Source: a candidate division FCPU426 bacterium
GTDB taxonomy: Bacteria > Oederibacteriota > Muellerivitia > Muellerivitales > Muellerivitaceae
NCBI GenBank assembly: GCA_963847625.1
Contig: CAWKAR010000013.1
Location: 96,001 to 160,000 of the forward strand
Direction: 5' to 3'
DNA: 64,000 nt
Below are positions 36,424-45,840 of this stretch, in pieces. The notes under the pieces were generated by a model. It saw only the letters and a list, made by a program, of their open reading frames with translations, had not been told where the DNA came from and did not search any database. The position numbers were made by a program, and so were the translations under genes. How positions within the stretch are numbered: position 1 is the stretch's first letter; each line of letters opens with the position of its first letter.

Positions 36424-38586
36424 CTACATCTCCATCACAATAGCGTCGTAGTATTTCAGGGAAGGGACCTGTATCTTCATTGTCTTGCCGTCGTATTCAA
36501 AGGGAAGTTTCTGTGCTCCCTTGAAATCAGGTGAGACCATGTAAACCTTCGACGGTTTTTTGTCCGTTTCCAAGGACGCCTTGAATCCACCCAACGGTTC
36601 GATCTTCCCGTCGTAATTGTGGTTGACCAGGTGAAGGACCAGACGTTTGGGCTTATCCTGGGCCATCAAGTTTAAGGATATGTTTTTTTCTTCGACCGTA
36701 ACAGGTTGAGGGGCGTATTCATTATGGTGGTATAAATCCGCATGGTTCTTGTAGTACAGAACATAATCCTTGGTGAAATCCAGCATCCCCAGGTCCTGTG
36801 CACTCGGGCCTGCGTCCGTCGTTTCCAGGTGAAAGGCATAATAACAACCTGCGGCATAGGCTTCGGCGGCGTAGATCTGCCAGAAATCCTTCTTTTGTTC
36901 TAGCGGCAAGGCGCAATAGTTATTGATCGCTTCGTTGGTGAAATCCAGGAAGAACACCAGGGGCACCTTGCCGGAGGTTTGTTGGCTTCTTCGGTTCATT
37001 ATTTTATAGGCGTCCATGAGCGGCTTGTCGCCCCTCAATGAGCCTTTCTCGACCGGCACATAATCGTACCCCGACCAGTCGCTGATACCGTCGCCCTTGT
37101 CGCAATTGGGGGTATAGATGCCCAAGCTGTTGAAGTCCGCGTAAGGCATGATGCCGTTGTCGGTGACCAGCAGCTTCTTCCCGTATTTTTCCAGGGCGTA
37201 ACGCCGGAGTTCGTCAATGATTTCCTTGTAGTATTTCGGGATATAGGTGCCGGTGAAGGTGTCGGAAAGGTACATCCGGTTGCCGATGACTTTTCCCCAC
37301 TCCTTAGCCAGGGGGTTGGATGGGCTGAGGACGCATTTTCCACCCCAATTGTTTTCGGTCCAGCCGTTCTTTTGCAGGTAGTTCCGGTAGTTGAAGTTCC
37401 TTTTCAGATCCTCCGGCGGGACATCCCTTTTGAGGATGTTGTCGTCCGTCATCTTGAACTCGCTTTTCCAATCGGCTGCCTGGTACTGGGGGTATTTGGC
37501 AAGGAGATAGCGGTTGAAATCCGCGATCGAGGCGTCCTCGTATCCCTCGTTGTTGGTCCAATTCCGCTGGGGGCCTCCCAGATAGGGCGAGTTGGGCTCA
37601 TCAAAGTGGATACCGTCGGCGCCGCCGTCGATCTGGATCTTGCAGATGTCGGTGATGTATTTGCGGTAGAGGGGGTTGGCCAGCGAGCCGCGGTATTGGT
37701 CGGGTCCGATGCCGAGACCCTGGTCGGCCCAAGGCACCAACTCGCCGTTTGCGTCCCGGGTTGCCATGTCGCGGAACTGCGCCTCATCCTTGAACTCCTG
37801 TTTCTGGATGACCGTGGTCATGCCGCCCATATAGAGGATCCCGGCGTGATGGCTGGCCTTGACCGCGTCAAAGTTGTAATCCTCCGGATGGTTGCCGTTC
37901 GTCCCCCATTTAATGACGGACCGGTCATTGATGTCGGCTTTTACCTCGCAGATCCAGGGGTTGTTCTCCTTCAGCGTCTGCTGGCCGTAAACGTAAACGG
38001 TTAGGCGGTTGATGTCTGTGTCCAGCTTCCGGTCCTCCAAGCCCAGGAGTGCGGTTTTCAGCGGCTTTTGAGTGACATCCTTGAGCGTGACGTGGGCGAG
38101 GGTGACGCGGCCCGGCGCGGTGAACAAGAACTGGAACATCGCCGCCTCATCGGTGGGATTGGTCATGGTGAAGGTGTATGTGTACTTTGTCATTTTTTGG
38201 CTGAGCGGGAAACTCCTCATCTTGGAGTAGGCGGTCCAGGGTTCCTTGCCCAGTTGCACCTGGGATATCAGGGTGAAGGTCTGGTCGGCTTTCGCCTCGA
38301 AGGATGCCTCATAGGATCGGCCGTACTCAATCCTCACGTCCGGCTGTAGGCACCCGATCGACCAGGGGGACCCGAGCGTGTCGATCCGAATCTCGGCGGC
38401 CCCGTCACGGACGGTAAATTCACCCGTAGTACCTGGATGAGTCCAGAAATTCCAACCTTGGGTCCCTTGGCTGAAATCGCCGTTCTGGAGCATGTTATTC
38501 CCTTGGGAAGGGGGAGCGGCGGACAGGAAAAGCGATAAGGAAAACATCGTCAGCACACATACACCGGTTTTGAAAAAACGTCCCAT
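36424..38586 (-). CDS. Secreted protein: CBM4/9-like domain plus putative glycoside-hydrolase catalytic domain
   Basis: Signal peptide, 'NMLQNGDFS..WNFW...YEASFEAKA' CBM pattern, 'GADGIHFDEP' TIM-barrel-like motif. Confidence 0.65.
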   Translation of the reverse strand: MGRFFKTGVCVLTMFSLSLFLSAAPPSQGNNMLQNGDFSQGTQGWNFWTHPGTTGEFTVRDGAAEIRIDTLGSPWSIGCLQPDVRIEYGRSYEASFEAKADQTFTLISQVQLGKEPWTAYSKMRSFPLSQKMTKYTYTFTMTNPTDEAAMFQFLFTAPGRVTLAHVTLKDVTQKPLKTALLGLEDRKLDTDINRLTVYVYGQQTLKENNPWICEVKADINDRSVIKWGTNGNHPEDYNFDAVKASHHAGILYMGGMTTVIQKQEFKDEAQFRDMATRDANGELVPWADQGLGIGPDQYRGSLANPLYRKYITDICKIQIDGGADGIHFDEPNSPYLGGPQRNWTNNEGYEDASIADFNRYLLAKYPQYQAADWKSEFKMTDDNILKRDVPPEDLKRNFNYRNYLQKNGWTENNWGGKCVLSPSNPLAKEWGKVIGNRMYLSDTFTGTYIPKYYKEIIDELRRYALEKYGKKLLVTDNGIMPYADFNSLGIYTPNCDKGDGISDWSGYDYVPVEKGSLRGDKPLMDAYKIMNRRSQQTSGKVPLVFFLDFTNEAINNYCALPLEQKKDFWQIYAAEAYAAGCYYAFHLETTDAGPSAQDLGMLDFTKDYVLYYKNHADLYHHNEYAPQPVTVEEKNISLNLMAQDKPKRLVLHLVNHNYDGKIEPLGGFKASLETDKKPSKVYMVSPDFKGAQKLPFEYDGKTMKIQVPSLKYYDAIVMEM

Positions 38587-38784
38587 ATCGATGCCTCCCA
38601 GTGGCTTCTTTTAAACAGGGTGTCCCAGCCTTCATAAACCCCGGCTGAAATCACACTTATTGGACGAAACCGGATTTCGGAAGTGTCGTGAATAGAACGA
38701 GGTTTTTTAAAAAATGGATTTACTCAAATGACCTTGCCCAGCTAAGGAGGCGAATAATTTGCGCTTCACACTTCTGCCGTTACC

Positions 38785-38860
38785 TGTCCACGACCCCTGC
38801 AACAAGCCGGGGGCGGCAACGAACCATCGCTGCGGTGCGATGGTTTCCCCATCGTGGACA
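38785..38860 (-). repeat. Family C hairpin site (long variant)
   Basis: TGTCCACGA...TCGTGGACA, 2 nt after the stop of ORF 38863-39045. Confidence 0.85.
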
Positions 38861-38862
38861 AC

Positions 38863-39045
38863 TTAATCAGGTTTTCTTTTACGTAGACTCTTTACATTAT
38901 CTATGTAATCGCCAAATTTAAACCGGCCTGTGATAGAAACCATTCCCATGCCGAATGATAAATATAAGAAACTTAAACAAAATAAAATCCTAAACCAAAG
39001 TTGGCTATGAAATCCTTTACTCATTCCCGCCCAATTGGGCAACAC
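38863..39045 (-). CDS. Small AT-rich hydrophobic hypothetical protein
   Basis: One TM segment; stop abuts a family C site. Confidence 0.35.
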   Translation of the reverse strand: MLPNWAGMSKGFHSQLWFRILFCLSFLYLSFGMGMVSITGRFKFGDYIDNVKSLRKRKPD

Positions 39046-39092
39046 CCTTTACTCTTCTACTCAGTTGTTCACGACGGGTCCCCATTATTCTC

Positions 39093-40874
39093 CTACTTTA
39101 AAACCACCGGCAATTGAAGCCCGTCCTTGGCCAGACGCGCCGGGATTGTCGCGGTCTTGGAACCCTTGGTCACCGTCACCTCGTAATCCCCCAGGAAACC
39201 CCGCGTTTGATAGGAACCCTGGTCGTCCGTCTCGCCATCGGCGTTGGTCCACCAGTCCTTCAGGACCAGGTCCTCATAGGCCCGGCCCGACGGCTTTTCG
39301 GTCCAATCCTTGTGGAAGAGCGGCGCCTTCGATTGCCAATGGGCCCCGTCCCAGAATCCCCACATTAAAAATCCGTTGGTCGAGGGATGGCTGAAAACAG
39401 CGGTTAAGAAGTCCTTCAGGAACTGGGCGTCCAATTGGCCGTCCGTAATGTTCGTATCGTATTCGGTGATTTCAACGGGCAATCCATGGGCCCCGAGCTG
39501 GTCCAGGGTCTTGAGCAACGCGGGGATGGACCAGGGGGAATTGCCCACGTGGCCCTGCAAGCCGATTCCGCCCAAGGGCGCGCCGGCTTTAAGAAGGTAC
39601 CCAATGATTTTGTCGTAGGCGTCCAGGTGTCCCGTGGAATCCGGGCTGGGGTAGTCGTTCACGAAGAGGACCGCTTTCGGGTCCGCCTCCCGGGCCGTCT
39701 TGTACCAGGTGACCATGGCGCTATCCCCCAACAGGTCCGTCAACTGGTGCTCCGGGACCGGTTCGTTGACCACGTCCCACTCCGCCAGCTGTCCCTTCAT
39801 GGTGCCGCCCACGTCCTTGATCCGGCTTTCGATTTTATCCTCCAGGGCCTTGGGATCGCCCGCCAGCGGCTTCACGTCGGCCGGGATGTAGCGCCAGGTA
39901 CCCCAAACCATGTTGTGGCCCCTCACCTCGAACTTCCGCTGGGAAAGCCACTTCATCGCCCCCTCCACGTATTCGCGTTTCCAGTAACCGCTGTTGGAGG
40001 CTCCCTCTTCCCAGGGCCCCCATTTCAGGTCGTTCTCGAAAACCACCTTGTTGAAAAGCCTCGCGACCTCCTTTTGGTAACGGTCGTTGTCGATATCCTC
40101 CGTCGCCAGGTCCTTCGCCACCACGGCCGCGCCGAAGCCGAAAGCGTGGCGTTTCATGCGCACCGACACCTTCGCGCCCGGCAAGGGATTCCCCTTGCCG
40201 TCTTTCACGGTCACGGTCAAGTCACCCTTGCGGATCTTCTCGATGCGTTCCCGCGCTTCCTTGCGCCAGGGCGCGTCGGCCTCCTCGCCTTCATAGGTCA
40301 GCTTGGTCTGGGGCAGGTCCCCGACTTTCACCTGGGTGCCGTAGTTCGTCACTTTGAGGCCGGCCAGTTCGAAGACTTGCGGGTGATATCCCATGCGGAA
40401 GCAAATATGGGATTTTCCCCCGTCCAAATCTTCCGCGATGGTGAAGGGAATTGAAAATTTTCTCCATTTCGGCCCGGCTGAAAGGGTGTAGCTGACGGAT
40501 TTCGTCCAGGGGTCGCCCATGCGCTCGAAGACGAACTCGCTGGAGGCCTCGCCGCTTTCCACGCTGGTCTGGGCGGCCCGCATCCAGAATTCGGCCAATA
40601 CCACGTCGCCGGCCTTCACCGCCACCGGGATGGGGGCCTCCACCTGTACGTCCCAAACATTGGTGGTGGCTACCAGGGTGGTGAGTTTGATGGCTTCCTT
40701 GAAGGTCTGGCCCTCCGCCGGAACCAGCTCGGCGGTTCCCTTTTCCTTGTTCGTGATGTTTAAAACCTCGATGCCCGGCTTGGAAAAGAGGTCTTGGCCC
40801 CCGGGAGGGGCCGTCTGGGCGAATAAAGAGGCGGGAAACAGCAGGATGAAACTAACAATGAAATTTTTAAGCAT
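39093..40874 (-). CDS. GH10 endo-1,4-beta-xylanase with N-terminal CBM-like domain
   Basis: ENDLKW, RGHNMVW, WDVVNEP (acid/base), GIGLQGH, ITEYD (nucleophile), WGFWD; signal peptide MLKNFIV. Confidence 0.92.
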   Translation of the reverse strand: MLKNFIVSFILLFPASLFAQTAPPGGQDLFSKPGIEVLNITNKEKGTAELVPAEGQTFKEAIKLTTLVATTNVWDVQVEAPIPVAVKAGDVVLAEFWMRAAQTSVESGEASSEFVFERMGDPWTKSVSYTLSAGPKWRKFSIPFTIAEDLDGGKSHICFRMGYHPQVFELAGLKVTNYGTQVKVGDLPQTKLTYEGEEADAPWRKEARERIEKIRKGDLTVTVKDGKGNPLPGAKVSVRMKRHAFGFGAAVVAKDLATEDIDNDRYQKEVARLFNKVVFENDLKWGPWEEGASNSGYWKREYVEGAMKWLSQRKFEVRGHNMVWGTWRYIPADVKPLAGDPKALEDKIESRIKDVGGTMKGQLAEWDVVNEPVPEHQLTDLLGDSAMVTWYKTAREADPKAVLFVNDYPSPDSTGHLDAYDKIIGYLLKAGAPLGGIGLQGHVGNSPWSIPALLKTLDQLGAHGLPVEITEYDTNITDGQLDAQFLKDFLTAVFSHPSTNGFLMWGFWDGAHWQSKAPLFHKDWTEKPSGRAYEDLVLKDWWTNADGETDDQGSYQTRGFLGDYEVTVTKGSKTATIPARLAKDGLQLPVVLK

Positions 40875-41049
40875 GGGGAAAGTTTCCTTTTTATTTGGGA
40901 TTTGCGGCATGAACAACGATCACGCTCATAGCCCTCAAAGGGGCCATGATTCATGGCCAGCAACCGCCATGATCATAAGGTTTTACGCGGATAATGGAAT
41001 TAAAAAATCAAAAGTGGAAATGCAAGCCAAGCCGGTATTTATTTCAAGT

Positions 41050-41365
41050 CACACCTGTCTAAAATAATATCTAGCCGCGGATGTGCCGATTCACATTAAG
41101 ACAGTTAAAGAAATCGGTACGATACCAGCCTCATTAAAAGAATTATTGATGGCTGGCATGCATGGGATATATGGGATTTGCTTAAAATTAAAAATTTAAC
41201 ATCACACCTATCCCAAATAAACCTAGCCACGGATGCATGGGATTCATTGGATTTAACAAACACAAATATTTAAAGCCTCTTTTCTTCGGCCATCTAAATG
41301 CATCCCCTGCATCTGTGGCTAAGAAGGGTTTGCCTTAGCAGTTCATTCATAATTCAAAATTTAGA
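41050..41365. repeat. Repeat family A compound copy with double-hairpin insert (41082-41160)
   Basis: Composite of the 1311-1490 and 236-405 arrangements. Confidence 0.88.
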
Positions 41366-41369
41366 ATTG

Positions 41370-42422
41370 CCGAATTCACGGAGTAAGTGCAACACTTCGC
41401 CGGAAGACTTCCGCCGGAGTTTTAAAGCCCAAACATTTCCTGGGCCTGTTATTGAGCCATCTTTCTATGGTCCTGAATTCTTTGAAGGACACTTTAGCAA
41501 GATCAGTCTTTTTAGGCAAATGGCGGCGGACAAGACCGATAGTATTTTCCACCGTACCTTTTTCCCAACTGTGGAAAGGGGCGCAGAAAAAGGATTTTGT
41601 ACCAAGCACGTGGTTGGTTTCCAAGTGGTTGGTGTTTTCGGTTCCGTTGTCATAGGTCAGACTCAGGCGGGCGTCTTGAGGGAAGCGGCATAAAGCGCGG
41701 TTGAGGCTATGACTCATTTGGCGAGCGGTCTTTCGTTTGAGCTTTCCCAACTTGGAAAAACGGCTTTGACGCTCGACGAGAGCCCGCATAGCCACTTTAC
41801 TCTGACGAGAGACCATGGTGTCGGTTTCCCAATGGCCGAATTGCTTGCGTTGATTGGCGATCTCGGAGCGCTTATCGATGGAAACACGGCCTGGGATATG
41901 GTTTTTGGCGTGCTTACGGCTATGGCCAAATGAGAATCGTCGCCGGTGGTGTCGAACTAGGCAAGGAATCAGCTCAGTGGCTTCAGCATAAACCCACTGA
42001 TAGATAGCTTCAGGACCAATGGTTTGCTTAGGCCGTAGGTGACCTAATCGACCTGAAATGAGTTCTGGAGACCAGCCTCGTTTCAATTGACGACGGACGT
42101 AGGCACGAATTCGTTTTGTTTTCAGGCGTAAACGGCGTGCTCGTTGTTGGTTGCGGTCAACATACCGTTGATGGGCTCGATGAGAAAGATAATAACCAGA
42201 ACGGATAGGGGGAGCATTGCGCTTGAGTTCCCTGGAGAGGGTGGAAGGAGACCTCTTCAAGGCGCGTGAAATTGCTCGAAGGCTAAGACCCTTTCCTTTC
42301 AAGACGGATAAATGATCTCTTTCTTCAACGCTTAAATGCTTGTATTTCTTTTTCATAGCCGCATATCCTATTCATGCGGCCTTCTTCAGACACTAAGTGT
42401 TGCACTTACTTATGGAACTCGG
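41370..42422 (-). mobile_element. IS30-family insertion sequence
   Basis: Inverted repeats CCGAATTCACGGAGTAAGTGCAACACTT / AAGTGTTGCACTTACTTATGGAACTCGG around a single transposase. Confidence 0.88.
41376..42356 (-). CDS. IS30-family transposase
   Basis: 'YKHLSVEER', 'STLSRELKRN', GHWETDT, TYDNGTE, WEKGTVEN, NNRPRKCLGFKTP. Confidence 0.95.
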   Translation of the reverse strand: MKKKYKHLSVEERDHLSVLKGKGLSLRAISRALKRSPSTLSRELKRNAPPIRSGYYLSHRAHQRYVDRNQQRARRLRLKTKRIRAYVRRQLKRGWSPELISGRLGHLRPKQTIGPEAIYQWVYAEATELIPCLVRHHRRRFSFGHSRKHAKNHIPGRVSIDKRSEIANQRKQFGHWETDTMVSRQSKVAMRALVERQSRFSKLGKLKRKTARQMSHSLNRALCRFPQDARLSLTYDNGTENTNHLETNHVLGTKSFFCAPFHSWEKGTVENTIGLVRRHLPKKTDLAKVSFKEFRTIERWLNNRPRKCLGFKTPAEVFRRSVALTP

Positions 42423-42560
42423 GATTCATAATTCATTCCTGGTTTTTTGGAATGTCATGCATCCCCTGAATCTGTGCCGATCATCTATAAAAATTATTGG
42501 AGATCGGTACGATACCACCTTCCTTATAATCTTTATTGAAAGGTGGCATGTGGCCAAGGA
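42423..42560. repeat. Continuation of the family A copy beyond IS30, with double-hairpin insert (42473-42550)
   Basis: ATTCATAATTCATTCCTGGTTTTTTGGAATGTCATGCATCCCCTG matches the reverse complement of 35443-35488. Confidence 0.82.
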
Positions 42561-42647
42561 CTAGGTTTTGCTTAATGCCTTTTAGAATAAAAAAATCTAA
42601 ATTTTATTTATCTTTGTTACCTGGATTTTGTTTAATTTGGACGGTTA

Positions 42648-42833
42648 TTATTTCAAGTGATTAATTTTGGTCTCGATGTATTTAATGCTGTTATGAATCG
42701 TGTTTAAATCAGGAGCCCATGAAATGACCGCCCCGCAATCCGTGCAATAAATAAAATAGCCGTTATTCCCGTTTTGCTGGTTGCTGTAAGTCGAGAAACT
42801 TGTTTTTTTGCATCTCGGACAATTCGGCGCCAT
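42648..42833 (-). CDS. Small zinc-ribbon protein
   Basis: CPRC...CTDCG; GGGG ribosome-binding site. Confidence 0.55.
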   Translation of the reverse strand: MAPNCPRCKKTSFSTYSNQQNGNNGYFIYCTDCGAVISWAPDLNTIHNSIKYIETKINHLK

Positions 42834-43191
42834 GTTTTACCCCCGGATAGATTGAATTCCTCAAGCGTGTTTAATTATTTTTCGTTGAGTTGTTGCCATT
42901 CATCATAATCTAAAACCGTCAATAAGAGTTCACCCTTTAGGAGTTCTGATCATTTAGTGGTAAGTATCTGCCATGTAAACAATTCCGTAAGAATCAACCG
43001 CGTCTTTCACAGACTGTTTGAATGACGCGGCCGTCCCCGTCCCGTTGGCGCCTTCAAAAAAACGATTAAATAAAGATGAGGGCATGCATGCCGGAATGCT
43101 TTAAAAGGGCTTTTCGACAAGCCCTATAATCCGTTAAGTGGTAGAATTTTCACGTCCAATACTAATGGTCCGATTATCCAAGGAGGGATTT

Positions 43192-44358
43192 ATGCGATGG
43201 GTTTTGATAGTCACCCTCTTGGAGTCAGTTGTTTTTCTTTCAGTGAGTTGCAATACCAAATACACCGTCACAGCCCTCCCCCCTTTTCCAACCCCAACCC
43301 TTTCACCCACCCCCACGTTTACCGCAACACCCCCCGCAGGGGCGTTCACCCAAACCCCTACCCCGACGAATACCTGTACCCCGACCGTAACACCCACCCC
43401 GACTAATACCTATACCCAGACCTTGGTCCCGACGCGCAACGCGAACCACACGCCCTTTCCGGGCGCCACGTCCACACCTACCCCGACGATTACCGTGACA
43501 CAACCTGCTTGGACGCCCACCCTATCGCCTACGGCTTTCCCCACGGCTTCCTGGTCGTTGTCCGTTAGCTTCGGCCAACAAGGCACGGATGGAATCAACG
43601 GCGATTTTCAGGATCCCATGGGGATCGCTGTCGGGGCCGGTTTCATCGCCGTCAGTGATCAACCCGCATCAGCCATCGGGAATGTCCAAGTGTTCAGCGA
43701 CAACGGACAATATCTCTACAACATTCCGGCCAATCAACCCTGGGGATTGGCCCTGGATTCCTACGGGGAACTTTATGTCGCCGATTTAGGTACTTTCCAA
43801 GTCACCGGTTACTACCTCAGCATGACCGGTTACACCCAGGACTATACATGGACAGGCCAAGGAAGCGTGGCCGGCCCTATTTGCGTCAAGATCGACGCGA
43901 ACGGAAATTTGGTCGTCGGGGATTATTATGGGGCCAAAGTAGTGAACCTTTCCTGGGACAACGATTCCGTCCTGAACCAGAGCAGTGGAAGCGTAACCGT
44001 TTGGCCGCTGGACTTGGCGCTTGATCCCGGCGGGAATATTTATGTGACGGACTATAACAGTCACGGAATCCTCGACTTCAATTCTAACTACGTTTATCAA
44101 AGCGGTTTTACCGGGTCGACTTGGGCTTCGCCTGCGTCGCAATTAGGAGTGCCCTGGAGCGTCGGGGTGGACTCCCAGGGAAACCTTTTCATTTCGGACA
44201 ATGCGGATAGCCGTGTGGTTTACGCCACTCCCCAAGGGAATTACCTGGGGCAACTGGATGGATTTTGCTCCCCGGTTTATTTGACGCTGGACTCATCCGA
44301 TGACTTGTATGTGGTCGACAACGCATATTGTTACCGGGTGGACGAATTTAAAAAATAA
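43192..44358 (+). CDS. Putative lipoprotein with Thr/Pro linker and NHL-repeat beta-propeller (paralog 1)
   Basis: SVSC lipobox-like motif, 'FQDPMGIAV', 'PWSVGVDSQGNLFISD' repeats; AGGAGG ribosome-binding site. Confidence 0.82.
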   Translation: MRWVLIVTLLESVVFLSVSCNTKYTVTALPPFPTPTLSPTPTFTATPPAGAFTQTPTPTNTCTPTVTPTPTNTYTQTLVPTRNANHTPFPGATSTPTPTITVTQPAWTPTLSPTAFPTASWSLSVSFGQQGTDGINGDFQDPMGIAVGAGFIAVSDQPASAIGNVQVFSDNGQYLYNIPANQPWGLALDSYGELYVADLGTFQVTGYYLSMTGYTQDYTWTGQGSVAGPICVKIDANGNLVVGDYYGAKVVNLSWDNDSVLNQSSGSVTVWPLDLALDPGGNIYVTDYNSHGILDFNSNYVYQSGFTGSTWASPASQLGVPWSVGVDSQGNLFISDNADSRVVYATPQGNYLGQLDGFCSPVYLTLDSSDDLYVVDNAYCYRVDEFKK

Positions 44359-44480
44359 AGGGAATACACATGAAAAAAATTATCTCTATCACAAAGGGCT
44401 TTTCGGTAAACCCTATGGTTCGTTAAGTGGTAGAATTTTCATGCTAAATACCGACGGTGCGTTTGTCTAAGGAGGGGTTT

Positions 44481-45557
44481 ATGCGATGGATATTATTATT
44501 TGTCATTTTGGGTTCGGCCGTTTTTATTTCAATGTGCTGTAGCAGTTCCACCTCTACCGCGCCGCGGACTCCCGCAACCCCGACCGTGACCCCTACTCCG
44601 ACTAATACCTATACCCCAACCTTGGTTCCGACCCGCAACGCGAACCACACGCCCGTGCCGGGCGCAACGTCCACTCCTACCCCCACAATTACCGCAACAC
44701 CTCCTTCTTGGACACCCACCCTAACGCCTACGGCTTTCCCCACGGCTTCCTGGTCGTTGTCTGTTAGCTTCGGCCAACAAGGCACGGATGGAATGAACGG
44801 TGATTTCCAGGATCCCATGGGGATCGCTGTCGGGGCCGGTTTCATCGCCGTCAGTGATCAACCCGCATCAGCCATCGGGAATGTCCAAGTGTTCAGCGAC
44901 AACGGACAATATCTCTACAACATTCCGGCCAATATCCCCTGGGGAATGACGATCGATTCCTACGGGGAGCTTTATGTCGCAGATCGAGGCGTTTCAGACA
45001 TTAGAGGCTACTACCTTACCCGCACGGGCTATACCTTGGATTACACCTGGACCGGCCAGGGAACCGTCGTCCATCCCTTGAGTGTTAAGATTGACGCCCA
45101 TGGGAATCTGGTCGTGCCCGATGCAGATGGAACTATTTACAACCTTTCCTGGGTCGACGATTCCATCCTGAGGCAAACCACCGGAAACCCCACGACGGTT
45201 ACAGCGATTGACGTTGCGTATGACGCGGCTGGAAATATCTATGCCGCGGATTACCAAAGTAAAGGGATCGTCAAATACGACGCCAACTACGCTTATCAAT
45301 ACGGCTTTACCGGTTCGGCTTGGGGATCTGCCGTATCGCAATTGGGCGACCCTTGGAGCGTTGCAGTGGACTCGCAGGGAAACCTTTTTATTTCCGACAA
45401 TTTGGATTCCAGAGTTGTTTATGCCACGCCCCAGGGAAATTACTTGGGGGAACTCGATAACTTTTGCGCCCCAACGTTTTTGGCGCTGGATTCAGCCGAT
45501 GACTTGTACGTGGTCGACTACGCGTTTTGCTATCGAGTGGATGAATTCAAAAAATAA
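44481..45557 (+). CDS. Putative lipoprotein with Thr/Pro linker and NHL repeats (paralog 2)
   Basis: Colinear with paralog 1, same C-terminus YRVDEFKK. Confidence 0.82.
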   Translation: MRWILLFVILGSAVFISMCCSSSTSTAPRTPATPTVTPTPTNTYTPTLVPTRNANHTPVPGATSTPTPTITATPPSWTPTLTPTAFPTASWSLSVSFGQQGTDGMNGDFQDPMGIAVGAGFIAVSDQPASAIGNVQVFSDNGQYLYNIPANIPWGMTIDSYGELYVADRGVSDIRGYYLTRTGYTLDYTWTGQGTVVHPLSVKIDAHGNLVVPDADGTIYNLSWVDDSILRQTTGNPTTVTAIDVAYDAAGNIYAADYQSKGIVKYDANYAYQYGFTGSAWGSAVSQLGDPWSVAVDSQGNLFISDNLDSRVVYATPQGNYLGELDNFCAPTFLALDSADDLYVVDYAFCYRVDEFKK

Positions 45558-45568
45558 AGGAGATACTC

Positions 45569-45760
45569 ATGAAAAAAATCCTCGCTATCGTGATGATTTC
45601 ATTTTTTGCCGTTTCATCCGGATGGGCCCAGATTCACCGGAACCATACCCGGCCCCCATATCAGGGGCAAAAGAAGGTCTCCAAATCCGTCCGAATGCCG
45701 GTTCCGCGTTCCGGGGTCGCAAGGGGGACTGGACCCAAAAGTCACATCATCGTCCGCTGA
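45569..45760 (+). CDS. Small secreted basic protein
   Basis: AAGGAG ribosome-binding site, signal peptide MKKILAIVMISFFAVSSGWA. Confidence 0.6.
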   Translation: MKKILAIVMISFFAVSSGWAQIHRNHTRPPYQGQKKVSKSVRMPVPRSGVARGTGPKSHIIVR

Positions 45761-45840
45761 CCTTTTCCCGATCTTTTAAATACTCCGGGCCGCCGAGAAA
45801 TGATGAGCGTTCTGTTGTTTGAAACCTTAAAATAAAGGCC

